From Ginglymostoma cirratum (Eukaryota): 64,000 bases of DNA. The notes beneath the pieces were generated by a model, which did not search any database, had not been told where the DNA came from, and saw only the letters and a list, made by a program, of their open reading frames with translations. Shown piece by piece: positions 47,806-59,800 of this stretch. Both the position numbers and the translations under genes were made by a program. Where the stretch lies: the NCBI GenBank assembly GCA_024137785.1, contig JAHRHZ010000043.1, positions 31,834,813 to 31,898,812 of the forward strand. Direction: 5' to 3'. Positions within the stretch are counted from its first letter, which is position 1, and each line of letters opens with the position of its first letter.

Positions 47806-48552
47806 AGTCATGGAGTCATAGAGTCGTACAGCACAGAAACAGAACCTTTAGTCCAACTTGTCCTTGCCAACCAGATTTCCCAAACTAAACTAATCCCATT
47901 TACCTGTGTTTGGCCCATATCCCTCTAAACCTTTCCTATCCATCCACCTGTCCAAATGTCTTTTATATATTATAACTGTGCCTGCATCTACCACTTCCTC
48001 TGGAAGTTCATTCCACATAGATACTACCCTCTGTGTGAAAAAGTTGCCCCTCAGGTCCCTTTTAAAACTTTCTCCTCTCGCATTAAACCTCACTTCACCT
48101 GACAAAGGGGCAGCATTCAGAAAACTTGTGATTTCAAATAAACCTGCTGGACTATAACCTAGTGTCATGTGACTTCTGACCTTATCCACCTAATCAAAGA
48201 CTGGTAGCTCCACATCTTAAACCTTTAGTATTGAACTCCCCTACCCTAGGGAAAAGACCTTTGTTATTCACCTTATCTCCGCCCTTCATGATTTTATAAA
48301 CCTCTATAAGTTCACCCCTCACCCTCCTACACTCCAGGGGAAAGAAATCCCAGCGTATCCAGCCTCTCTTTATAACTCAACCCTCCACTCTCGGTAACAT
48401 CTGCACACTTTCCACTTTAATAACTTCTTTCCTATAGCAGGATGACCAGAACTGTATGCAGTAATCCAGAAATGATCTCACTACTGTCCTGTGTAGCTGC
48501 AACATGACATGCCAACTCCTATGCTCAATGTTCTGACCAATGAAGGCAAAGG
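47806..48552 (-). mobile_element. CR1 LINE 3' portion with nested Penelope terminus
   Basis: FKRDLRGNFFTQRVVSMWNELPEEVV. Confidence 0.92.
48091..48216 (+). mobile_element. Terminus of a different Penelope family with degenerate hammerhead
   Basis: cctgacaaaggggcagcattcagaaaacttgtg..aataaacctgctggactataacc; flanked by a ttaaacct duplication. Confidence 0.65.
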
Positions 48553-48609
48553 CCCCCAGTACTTCTGTCTTATCTTGCTTTTTAGTGCAGTCATAAAGCC
48601 AGGAAGCTT

Positions 48610-48789
48610 AGAGATTGAACAAAGAGTGGAGCCAGAGGAACAAAGCAGGCCAAGCAGCATGAGAGGAACATGAAAGCTGACGTTTCAGGTCAGGACCTTT
48701 CTTCAGAATTTTTTCCTGAAGAAGGGTTCTGACCCAAAGCATCAGCTTTCATGCTGTTATCTCTGACTCCAGCATCTGCAGTTCTTGCT
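48610..48789. mobile_element. Penelope-terminus hairpin element with two inverted hammerhead cores and 14 bp TSD
   Basis: cttcagaattttttcctgaag centre; aagccaggaagctt at 48596-48609 and 48790-48803. Confidence 0.87.
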
Positions 48790-49029
48790 AAGCCAGGAAG
48801 CTTGTCATGTTTGTCAGTAGCTGTCAGTTAAGGGGATGGACATATTGCTGTACAGTAATGTATAATATCAGTCTCACACTTACACCATGTGTGTGTTTCA
48901 AACAAATAGTCATGTCTCAAATTCTAAGGTCCTGAATAAACTTCAGGGAAATAGCCTGCAGTTAAGGAAACCTGGCCCAGTAAAGCAACGGCAGCATCCA
49001 CGATCTGTCCAGACGCTTGAACATCGTCA

Positions 49030-49180
49030 GTGAGCCACTTGGTCAGTCAGTGTCAGAATCCTGCCTTCTTAGAGTATGAGGAGTATTGAATGTTGAGCAA
49101 CCCACTCTCTGGCTTGGTTATTCTGCACTGTTATAGCCTGCTTTCTCCCATAAAGGGAGTAAAAGAGAGAATGGCTGGTG
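49030..49180 (-). mobile_element. Harbinger Myb/SANT gene second-exon remnant
   Basis: EKAGYNSAE..SGLLNIQ..EGRILTLT after a pyrimidine tract; resembles the EK.AHN..ER..TGGG pattern. Confidence 0.35.
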
Positions 49181-49379
49181 AAAATGGGTGGCACAGCAGT
49201 TAGTGTTGGTGCAAGTGGGTGGAAAGGTGGTGAGCAGCCCCAAGTGAGTGAATAGAAGGCCCAGAGGCTATGCATGGGTAATGGGTTGAGGGGTTTTGGG
49301 GGGTGGAGAGTGAGTGAGGGAGGCTGTTACATGCAATGAGAGTGGCAGGGCATGAGGAGGTAGGTGTAGTACCTGAGTG

Positions 49380-50715
49380 AACATAGAACATAGAACAATA
49401 CAGCACAGTACAGCCCTTCGGCCCATGATGTTGTGCCAAACAATTATCCCACTCTAAGGTCAAACTAACCTGCATATCCTTCATTTTACTATCATCCAGG
49501 TGCCTGTCCAAGAGTTACCTAAATGTCTCTAAAGTATCTGACTCCACTAGCACCGCCGGCAGCTCATTCCATGTACCCACCGCTCTCTGTGTAAAGAACC
49601 TACCTCTGACATCTCCCTTATACCTTCCTCCAATCACCTTAAAATTATGCCCCCTCGTAATAGTCATTTCCACCCTGGGAAAAAGTCTCTGACAATCCAC
49701 TCTATCTGTGCCTCTCATCATCTTTTACATCCCTATCAAGTCACCTCTCATCTTTCTTCGCTCCAATGAAAAAAGTCCTAGCTCCCTCAACCTTTCCTCA
49801 TAAGACCTGCCCTCCAGTCCAGGCAGCATCCTGGTAAATCTCCTCTGCACCCTCTCTAAAGCTTCCACATCTTTCCCATAATGAGGTGACCAGAACTGAA
49901 TGCAATATTCCAAGTGTGGGCTAACCAGAGTTTTATAGAGCCGCAGCATAACCTCACAACTCTTAAACTCAATTCCCCTGCCAATGAAAGCCAACACACC
50001 ATACACCTTCTTTACAACCCTATCAACTTGGGTAGCAACTTTGAAGGATCTATGGACGTGGACCCCAAGATCCCTCTGTTCCTCCACACTGCCAAGAATC
50101 CTACCATTAACCCTGTATTCTGTATTCAAATTCAACCTTCCAAAATTAATCATTTCACACTTTTCTGGTTTGGATTCCATCTGCCACTTCTTTGCCCAGC
50201 TCTGCATCCTGTCAATGTCCCGTTGCAACCTACAACAGCCCTCCACACTATCCAAATCTCTACCAACTTTTGAGTCATCAGCAAACTTACTAAACCACCC
50301 GTCCAATTCCTCATCCAAGTCATTTGTAAAGATCACAAAGAGCAGAGGTCCTTTGGGTATATCCCATCTGGCCCAGGGGGTTTATCCTCATGTTTTTCAA
50401 AATTTCAACACGCCCTCCTTTCTGAAATCTACCGGTTCGAGCATATCAGCCTGTTTCACGCTGTCCTCACAAACATCAAGGTCCCTCTCACTGGTGAATA
50501 CTGAAGCAAAATATTCATTAAGGACCTCCCCTACCTCCTCGGACTCCGTGCACAAGTTTCCTCCACTATCTCTGATCGGCCCTACCCTCACTCTGGCCAT
50601 CCCCTTGTTCCTCACATAAGTATAGAAAGCCTTGTGGTTTTCCTTAATCCTATCCTCCAAAGCTTTTTCACACCCGCTTCTAGCTCTCCTAAGTCTATTC
50701 TTCAGTTCCTTCCTG
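49380..50715 (-). mobile_element. CR1 LINE, 5'-truncated with an internal deletion near 50350
   Basis: ORFs 49515..49721, 49725..50336 and 50397..50660; (ttctatg)n tail. Confidence 0.96.
49725..50336 (-). pseudogene. CR1 ORF2 reverse-transcriptase C-terminal fragment
   Basis: KFADDSK, EQRDLGV, LYKTLVSPHLEYCIQFWSPHY, LERVQRRFTRM. Confidence 0.9.
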
Positions 50716-50834
50716 GTTATGCAGGAATGTGGTTGAATCTGAACTGTCCTCTCAGCAGTTAGGGAAGGACAATAAATGTTGGCTCAGCCAGCGACATCCT
50801 CATGCCATTAACGAATAAATATAGGATCAGACAA

Positions 50835-51620
50835 AATAAAAAATCACGTGGACAAGCAAAGGCTATTAATGAAAGGCTGGCACCAATTTGTTGAAGAAAG
50901 ATTTTATTTAGCTGACTTGATGGAATGCTTTAACAAGGTAACCTGGAGATTTGGTGATGGTGATGTGGTTCATGTATCTTCCAAAAGACTGTTGGATAAA
51001 GAGCCACGTAACTGATTTGTCAGCAAATTTGAAGCCAGTGGAATAAAAGGGATAGTGGCAACATTGATAAAAAGTTTTCTGAGTGGCCCGAAGTTGTGGT
51101 GAATGGTTGACTTTTGACCTGGAGAAAGGTTACAGGTCCTGAAGGATGGCTAAGACCTCTGCTTTTCTGGATATATTTCAATGACTCACACCTGGGTATA
51201 CAAAGCAAAATTTCATACTTTGCACATGAATCGGAACTTTGTAATTATTAACGGCATTTTTAACAACATGAGTCTGACAAAAGTATCATGGGACCAACAA
51301 TTGCACAGGTAATTGGCCTCACTTGTTCAAAAGCCATTTGTTGACTGCAAAAACTGTAAGTGACCCATCCCCAAATTCCACCCCTTTGTGACCCATGACA
51401 AATATCAAGAGGAAATAAGCAGTCTGATGAAAATGGACAAAAATGTGGCTGCTTAAAATTTAACACAGAGAAGTGGGAATATTATGTTTAGGTAGAAAGA
51501 AGCAAAAACAAGATACAATAAACTAAATGGTACAGTTCTAAAGGGAGAGAGCTGCAGAATAATGTGAACAAATCATTGAAGGTGGCAAGACAGGCTAAGA
51601 AATCAGTTAAAGATGGATAC
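50835..51620 (+). mobile_element. Old CR1 RT remnant
   Basis: ttccaaaagactgttggataaagagccac and atttcatactttgcacatga (KAFDKVPH and FADD decay). Confidence 0.65.
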
Positions 51621-52324
51621 TGCACTGCTGCCCAAATATTTCCCCACTGTGACCCCATATTGAGGCTTAAAAATTGTTATGACCTGTCAGTGAGGACAGT
51701 AAGAATGAGGTACAGGGGTGGTGTGTGAAAGCAGGAGCCTTTTGGAGTAGGATCAGTTGTTATATAACTCCGTCAGACATTCTTGGTGGCCACAGTTGCA
51801 AACAAAGCAATCCAGCCCTGGATTGGCCTCGATATTCCAATTGTTGGAAAACTATTGTGCGTGCAGTTTAGATGGAAGTTGTGTGTTGGGACCCCGCAAA
51901 ACCCCAAATTAACAGACTCTTGGGTAATTGACTGGGACATTGAAGATTCCATTGGGCAATTCCCACTGTGCCTGGAACCCTCTGGAAAGCGTCCATTTAG
52001 ATCCAAGAATTCAGAGGGTTTGGCCGCAGTTTTTACTCAAAAGAAGTTTGACAATTAAACTGACCCCAAAACTTAGCACACGCCCCTCCAAATATACTTC
52101 CCAAGACCCCTTCCAAACAACCCCAGGCCAACAAACCTCTCTTCTCCCACCAGCCCCAACAACCCCCACTCATTGGGGGGGCTCAATACACACCCCTCTC
52201 CCCCATTATGGACCCACTACTCTCCATTTAATCTGAATTTACCCTAAACACTCCATCACTTACCTGGCATCTTAGCATTCTATCTTCCTGACACCCTAAT
52301 TTCAAACTTACCCCTACATTTAAA

Positions 52325-52590
52325 AGAAACAAAATACTCATGGGATGTGGATGACACTGAATTGGCCAGTATTATTGCACATCCATAGTTGCCCTTGGTT
52401 ACAACTGGTGGGCTTACTCGGCTATTTCAGACGGCACTTAAAAATTCAATTGGAGTCATGTGTCGGCCAGCAGTTTCCTTCCCTAGAGGGCGTAAGTGAG
52501 CCAGGTGGATTTTTACTGCCATTATTTCATGGCCATCATTAGACTCTAAGTCCCAGATTTTTATTCAATTTTCACCACTGGCCTTGGTGA
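52325..52590 (-). mobile_element. tRNA-derived SINE with LINE tail (left arm copy, headless)
   Basis: Homologous to 13556-13912. Confidence 0.75.
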
Positions 52591-52879
52591 GCAAACCATT
52601 AAAGTGGGGCTTTAAAAAGGCAAGCCAGGCACAAAGTTAATGGGCCAATTTTCTGAGGATTGGCAATCACAGTCAGAATGCCGCTCTGACATTTTTACAT
52701 TTCTGGAAGGAGGTTTGAATGACAGCTCCTTCAGAAACGCAGAACCATACTTTAAAGCTGACAGGCCCCTTGTACTGTAGGATAGTCAAACCATAGCCAC
52801 CTTTTCACAGTAGCGGCTGTCACAGTCAGTGATTTAAATATCCAACAGTTCAGACCTAATAGCTCATGTGAAATGGTAA

Positions 52880-53215
52880 AAGCGATAACCTAGTGCTATC
52901 GCTGCTAGACTAGAATCCAAAAACCTAAGTAATGCTTTGGTGAAGCGAATCGGTGTTTGAATGTCTCACCGAGACCAGTGGTGAAAATTGAATAAAAATC
53001 TGGAATTTAGAGTTTAATGATGGCCGTGAAATAATTGTTGTAAAAATCCACCTGGCTCACTTACAGCCCTGCATGAGAGGAAGCTGCTGGCCGACAAATG
53101 TCTCCAATTGACTTTACGTACCGTCTGAAATGGCCTAGTACGCCAACCAGTTGTGTCCCAGGGTAACTAGGGATGCGCAATAATACTGTCGCCAATATCC
53201 CATGAATGATTTTTT
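52880..53215 (+). mobile_element. tRNA-derived SINE with LINE tail (right arm copy)
   Basis: Head cctagtgctatcgctgctagactagaatcca; tail gggatgcgcaataat. Confidence 0.8.
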
Positions 53216-54684
53216 AAAAATATAAGGGTAAGTTTGAAATCAGAGTGTCAGGAAGATAGAATGCCAAGGAGCAAGGTAAGTGAGAGCGTGTTTAGGGTAA
53301 ATTCAGAATAAGTGGAGAGTACTGGGTCCAGTGATGGAGGAGAGGGGTATGTGTTGAGTCCCAAAGATTGAGACTGTCAAGTTTGGTGGAAAAAGAGAGG
53401 TTTGTTGGGTCCCAGGGAGTGGGAGGTTAGAAGGGGTCTCAGGGAAGTATATTTGGAGGCATGCGTGGTAAGCTGTGGGTTCATTTTAATAATCATTTCC
53501 ATTCCTAATGAACCAGAATATTAGATGAGCACGGATATTTCCAAGAGATGTAAGACAAGACGGAAGTTACAGAATTGAAGGGATTTGAAAACAAGGATGA
53601 TGTTTTCTTAAGAGAGTTAAGGCATTGCTCAGTTGGTGGTGGACATTTGTTGGATTTGGAGATTGAACTTCCTGTTCCATAGGTTCAGATGCCCTTGGCA
53701 TCAAATCCCCTCCACTCACACCCCACCCCACTCATGACTCAACATCCTCAGGGGAGGGAGTGAAAACTTCAGGATCAAAACCTGCCGACCCGTGGTGATC
53801 GGACTGATCCAGAAATGCCCCCTCTTCTATTCCACCCACATGTATTGTGTCCTGCAGCATCAAAATCTCCCCACCCAACTGGTAGATCAGGGCTAATTGT
53901 CAGGTCAACTAACTGGCATCTACCATATGAAATTCTGCCCCTTTATTGCTGATATCCAGATGGCTAAGTCTGATATTCTCTCCAGAGATGCTCTTGACTT
54001 GTTGACTATCTCCGATCTCACCCAGTCTTTTTCTCTCACCTGACACATGTTCTACTTGTCCTATTATAAATAGATAGCCCACTGCTTCTTTTCTCGATGA
54101 AATCAAAATGTACTGCAGATTATACTCCTGCACTTCAGAAATGTTCAGCCTCTCTTATCCTGTATTCTAATCGTCCCTCTAGCTTGTATTTGAGTAACTG
54201 AAATCCTCTATTGTTCCTTCTCTATGATTTTTACATCTCTTCAAAATTCACCTGCAGGTTTGTTCCTCTCAGGCTTCCAAACTATTTCAGGATCTATTGT
54301 CATTTTTTTTTTGATAAACTTCCACAAATGTAGCAGATCCTTCTCTCCTCCTTAACCGTAAACAAGAAGATTCCTTCTTTGAACATTTTATCACTGCCCC
54401 TCCAATCCCATGAGGAATTATCCTTGGTCAACACCAACAACCTAGCTCCACCCTGCAGAGCCCCATTCCCACTGTGTTCCAGGCTCCAACTCCTCTCTAC
54501 ATTTAAGGCAGGCACACATCGTGACCATGATTTCAGAATGCCATGATGATAACCTACTCTTGTAACCAAATGTATTAGTCTCCGTGTATAAATATAATAT
54601 ATTCCCAATGTCTTGGTTTCTTTCTGCCATTTAATTCTTGCTTTACCTAAACTATTTATTGTAGTGTTGCTGTTTGACCCAATT

Positions 54685-55040
54685 CTGTGCTCCTCTGATG
54701 CTGCTTGGCCTGCTGTGTTCATCCAGCTCTACACCTTGCTATCTCCTGTATCTTAGGACTGGATTGTCACCTCACTGCATGGGTGTGAGCAAGTGGGAAG
54801 TGTGTATAGCTTTGCACTGGCTTAGCATCTTGTCAACACCATCCTGCTCGTGAGCCATTTGGTTGGTGGCCAGATCGAGGTTGGACTGGCTACATGCCCA
54901 CAAGCAGTGGGCATTAAAGAAAAGGCTAATTAAGGTCAGGCCAATGGGCTCTCAATGCCTTACTGAAACATCACTTTCCTGCTCCTCTGATGCTGCCTGA
55001 CCTGCTGTGTTCCTCCAGCTCCACACTGTGTTACCTCTGG
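54685..55040 (+). mobile_element. Two short Penelope-terminus fragments (54685-54747, 54968-55040)
   Basis: gctcctctgatgctgc(t)tg(g/a)cctgctgtgttc. Confidence 0.75.
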
Positions 55041-55944
55041 AAGGCTTTAAGGCTCCCCTCACCCCTGTGACCACAGCCACAGGCACAAGCTACTGTTGAC
55101 AGGGTATGGGTGTCAGGAGGACAATTAGGTGCAGCCTCTTTTTTTACCGTAAAAGAGCACCTCAAGTTGGAGCAGACCACGGCTCCTTCTGAACTGGATG
55201 GCCTCCAATTGGCATTTGGGGTTTGAACACCAAACTGTCTTTCTTAGTGAGAAAGCAGGCACTATCCTTGAGTCATTTGGAAAACCCCAAACGGCATTTC
55301 GAAAGCAATAGGCTGCAATGGGCGGATGAACTGGGCAGGTGTTTTCCTGCAAGGTTGGTCTAAGATGGGCCAAATAGCCTTCCTGAACAACATCTATTTT
55401 GTAATCCTGGCAGGTGCCCGCTCTGCAGCAGCAGTAACACATATTTGAAGCACAGAAGACAATAGGAAGCAATTTAACACAGGCAGACAGATGCAAATAG
55501 CTCTCTATTATCCTAGTCATTTATTGCCTGTTGTTGGGACTTTATGGTGAATATTTTATGCTTCATAATCTAACAAGATCTTCATTATGTATTTTGAGTG
55601 TTTGTTGAGTGCATTTCACAAAGATTTGTTGTCGGTTGGACTTTTTAAAGGCCTAATATTTCTACTTGAAAGGAAATGCTACTGTTTGAAGTATTAACAT
55701 AAATATTTGAACAGAGGAAACCTAAGTTACTACCATTAGTTTATGGTGTCATTAACATTCAGAGAGAGCATTTCTCAGCAACTAGCCTTAACACATCAAA
55801 GAGCTTACTCAGAATTGTAAGAACTTTTAAAACAAAACTCTTTATTATCCCACACCAAATTTCTGTGCCAAGGATTTCCAAAACAATGGCTTCTGTTCAA
55901 CTTGGCATAAGTCAAGGACAAATTCCAGTTGGGAAATTTCAGCT

Positions 55945-56300
55945 TGGCTGACTTGACAATATTGTCACCTTTCAGTCAGAGTATGGTTAGGCCATGCCCT
56001 ACTTCACAACTTGAACACAATGAGAATCCAGCGCAGTAATGGACGGCTACATCATTATTGGAAGTACCATCCTCCAGATGGGCTGCTAAACACTCAGGCA
56101 TCTGCCTATTCAAATGGCAGCTAAAAATTCCATGATATTATCAATTTTGAAGAAAAGCAAGGTTTGAACTCTTGGCCAACATTCTACCTCAGCCCTATTT
56201 TTATTTTTTATTATTTAAATGCGGCATCTTTCTGTGTTCAGAATGACTACATTTGTCCAGAAAAACAACACACAACGTATTTCATAAGACGCAAAGTTAG
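55945..56300 (+). mobile_element. Old Deu-domain SINE
   Basis: ttggaagtaccatcctccagatg..aaaattccatgatatt..gaagaaaagca..tggccaacatt. Confidence 0.6.
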
Positions 56301-56337
56301 ATAATGTTTTCACAAAATACTTCAAGATCAAAGATTT

Positions 56338-56633
56338 AGGCAGCACGGTGACTTAGTGATTAGCACTGCTGCCTCAAAGCACCAGGGACTTAGTTTCAAC
56401 TCCACCCTCAGGCGGCTGTCTGTGTGGAATTTGTACATTCTCCCCGTGTATGTGTGGGTTTCCTCTGGGTGCTCCAGTTTCCTTCCACAGTCCAAAGACG
56501 TGCAGGTTAGGTGAGTTGGCCATGGGGAATACAGGGTTACAGAGATAGGATAGGGTGTGGGTCTGGGTGGGATTCTCTTTGGGAGGTCAGTGTGGACTTG
56601 ATGGGCCAAGCAACCTTCTTCCACACTCTATGA
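56338..56633 (+). mobile_element. HE1-type V-SINE
   Basis: gggcagcacggtg..ttagcactgctgcctca head and V-domain. Confidence 0.92.
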
Positions 56634-57314
56634 AGTTCACAAATAATAATCTCTGGGCTACCCCAGTGCCACTCACTAGTGAATATAGAAATAAAAGGAT
56701 GGAGTATGACAAATGTTTGGCTGAGATAATGGTGCAATAGGAGCCTTGGACATTGAGACTGATTATGGAGGCAGTTGTACTTATTTTTCCCTTATCAACC
56801 TGTTCTTGTAATATTATTACACACTTCTGCAGCAGGACTTGAACCTGGGCCTTATGATCCAGGGTAGGAACACTACCATTGTACTACAAGGGGGCCCCAT
56901 GCAGAATGTTGTTCTTGGACAAACTAGATAGCTTGCCCCTAAATAGTGCCAAGGCCAAGATCCGATTAGTTTGCTAGCTGTGTTGGGGTGGGTTAAAACT
57001 ATTTAGCACATGTGCAGGATTCAAAAAGCATCACTAAAGAGATAAACCAAACTGCTCAGAGAATTGGGAGAGACAAATAGCGCGAGAGTATAAAATACTA
57101 ATCAGACCAGGTCAAAATAACAAGGAATGTTATTAGATGTTAATTAAATTTATTGGACATGTGTGTGAATGTGCAGCAAGATGCTAATGAAGTGGCTGAC
57201 CTGCAGGTGCTAATTGTCCTGTGGAAATATAATGTTGTAACGATAACTAATATCGAGATTGAGAAAGGACATATCATATTATGACACTGAAATAGACCTT
57301 TCTTGTTAATATTT

Positions 57315-57482
57315 CAAGGCATGTGAATGTAAAGGCCAGCATTTGTTGTCCATCCCAAATTAAACCAAAACTGACTAGGTTGCTGGATCGTTTCAGAGGG
57401 CATTTAAGAGTCAACCACAATGTTATGGGTATGGAGTCACATATAGGCCAGGCCAGGTCACCTTCCCTAAAGGCCATTAGGA
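57315..57482 (-). mobile_element. 3' half of tRNA-derived SINE with LINE tail
   Basis: ttaagagtcaaccacaatgttatgggtatggagtcacat. Confidence 0.7.
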
Positions 57483-57730
57483 TCCACCAAAAGCTGTTTC
57501 CGCCTTCTTCATGAAATCATGTCTCCTACATTATGGATTAGTTTCTTTGGGTCAGAGAAAATGGGGTAGCTGAGCTGAGCACTAATTTCAAATGGTCCTG
57601 TGTGATTCACACCCCAACAACTTACCCTTCCCGACCAAATGCTATTACTAAGAAATGAGACTTCTGCACCAAATCCTCCCTGCACCCACCATCACCCCCC
57701 AACATTTTTTTAATGATCTCCAATGTTACT

Positions 57731-57922
57731 CATAGAATCATAGAAACCCTACAGTATGGAAGCAGGCCATTCGGCCCATCGGGTGTACACTGACCCTCCA
57801 AAGAGCATCTCCCCCACCCCAGCCCCCCCACCCTATTCCTGTAACCCTGCATTTCCCATGGCTAATCCACGTAACCTCACCAAATCTGCACTTAATTGGC
57901 AATTTAGCCTGGCCAACCCACC
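57731..57922 (-). mobile_element. HE1 SINE 3' half
   Basis: catagaatcatagaaaccctacagtatggaagcaggccattcggccc. Confidence 0.85.
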
Positions 57923-58739
57923 TGTTGTCCAGACTCAGAGAAACTCTGGGCCAAGTGTCAGTCAGTGGACATCAGTTGTCATTGGATCTGAATGTTTAAA
58001 TTAATTTAATCCAAAGTAAAAATAATTAAATGGGGGAATCTGAACTTCAATAAGATGACAATAGAGCATGACTTGATTTGGAATCAAAGATTGAAAGGCA
58101 AAAGTGTAACAGAACAATGAGCTGTCTTTAAAGAGGAGTATGTACAGGTACAGTCAAGATACACTCCACAAAGTGGAGTGGAAATATAGTACTGACAAAA
58201 CTGGAGTTGCCAGATAGATGACACTTCCGATTTATGCAATCTTTCTTGATAGATATCAGTCCTGTTATAATTCTAGTGAATCTTCCTTGCACTTTCTCCA
58301 CTGTATCTGCCATCTACAGTTCTCAGTGTGATCTCCAGCATGGGCAGAGACAAAAAGGCAGCTTGTGATTCCAACTCATCCAGAAGAAGGATTGAACAGC
58401 ATGCCATTCCAACTAATCTGATCCAGACCAGCCGCCAAGCCAGCTGGCACCTCCAATTGGGCTCAAGCTGCTGTGGTAACATGCATTTTACATGCACGAG
58501 GTAGTCTAGAGCCTTGACTGGAGGCTGCAGTTTCCTTTCCATCACAGTCAACAAGGAATTTCTGTACTCTTCCTGTCTGTCATTTGTATGTGTTGGAAAG
58601 ATTTGCAGCTTTATAATCAATCTGTGTGCCTACATTATGAATGCATCTTCCTCGTCCATCAAGCCCACTAGTGGGACTTGAACCCAGAAATTCTGTCTCA
58701 AAAAGCAGGGACGCTATCCACCGTGCCATAAGAGGATCC

Positions 58740-59800
58740 AGAATGCATTGATATCCTCTCTATATTATGAGGAGCAGAACTGTTTAACATTCTCAGGTGT
58801 GGTCTAGCTAAGGTTGTATATAAGTTTAAAATAACTTCTGTGTATTTCAGTTCTAGCCTTTTAGAAATGACACCTTCTGTTTTGTTTCCTTGTTTATTAT
58901 ATTATTGACTTATGCCTCTACTATTTATGACTTTTGTATCTGTAATCCAAAACTCCTTTACCCTATTTGGAAAATTATGTTTCAAAAGAGTGAGTCACCC
59001 TCCAATGCTTTGTACCAAAATATATTACTGGCAAATTCCTTGCACTGAAGGTGAGTGCTAGTTAGCTCTGCATTGCTGGTTTGCAATGCAGAGTGATGCT
59101 AACAGCATGGGTTCAATTCCTCTACTGCCTGAGGTTACCATGAAGAACTCTCCATCTTAGCCTGTGCCTTCACCTGAGGTGTTGTGACTCTCAGGTTAAA
59201 CCACCACCAGTTGTCTCTCTCTAATGAGAACATAGCACAGTGGTGGCTTTATTTTTATATTGAAGTTGCTATTTAGACAACAATTCAGCAAATGTATCAA
59301 TGTCCTTTCTTTATTTTGTTGAAGTCATTCTATATATTAACTGCACCTCTTAGTTTGGTGTTGGTCACAAATTTCTAAATTATAGTTCCAATTCCTGACT
59401 TCAGATTTTTTGTGTTAACACTGAACAACAGTGGGTCCAACAACAATCTTTATGCAACAGCACTTTGTTTCAATTTTCTCCTAATCTCCTGATTCATCCA
59501 AAGTACATCATTACTTGCTTGTTTGTTCCTGAAGTTTAGTAGAACGTATTTCTCCGGGACTGACCATTTTAGACATTTCCTACTGTTGTTCTAAAGTTTG
59601 TTTTCCCGTTAGTTTCTTTTTTTTCGGATCCATTCTGATACCCATTCAATCAGCTTTTTAACCTTTAATGTATTACTTTGGCATTTGTCTGAGTTATGCC
59701 CTTTGCTTTAATTTAAATCTTAATATGCTATGATCACTATTGCCTAGATGGTCACTTAAAGCTATTCCCATATCTGTTCAAATTCATTTTATATCACTAC
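58740..59800 (-). mobile_element. Very old CR1 remnant with a nested SINE
   Basis: cagaactgtttaacattctcaggtgtggtcta; gaacaacagtgggtccaa. Confidence 0.5.
59054..59255 (+). mobile_element. tRNA-derived SINE (distinct family)
   Basis: ttagctc A-box-like and gggttcaattcc B-box; ctcaggttaaaccaccaccagttgtctctctctaatgag. Confidence 0.65.

Larger units (their letters stand above)
52045..53495. repeat. Long inverted repeat: arms ~52045-52590 and ~52965-53495
   Basis: For example cttcctgacaccctaatttcaaacttaccc versus gggtaagtttgaaatcagagtgtcaggaag; alignable across ~540 bp. Confidence 0.9.

Noticed and set aside
49984-50619. 211 aa plus-strand ORF
   Set aside because: Antisense shadow of CR1 ORF2.
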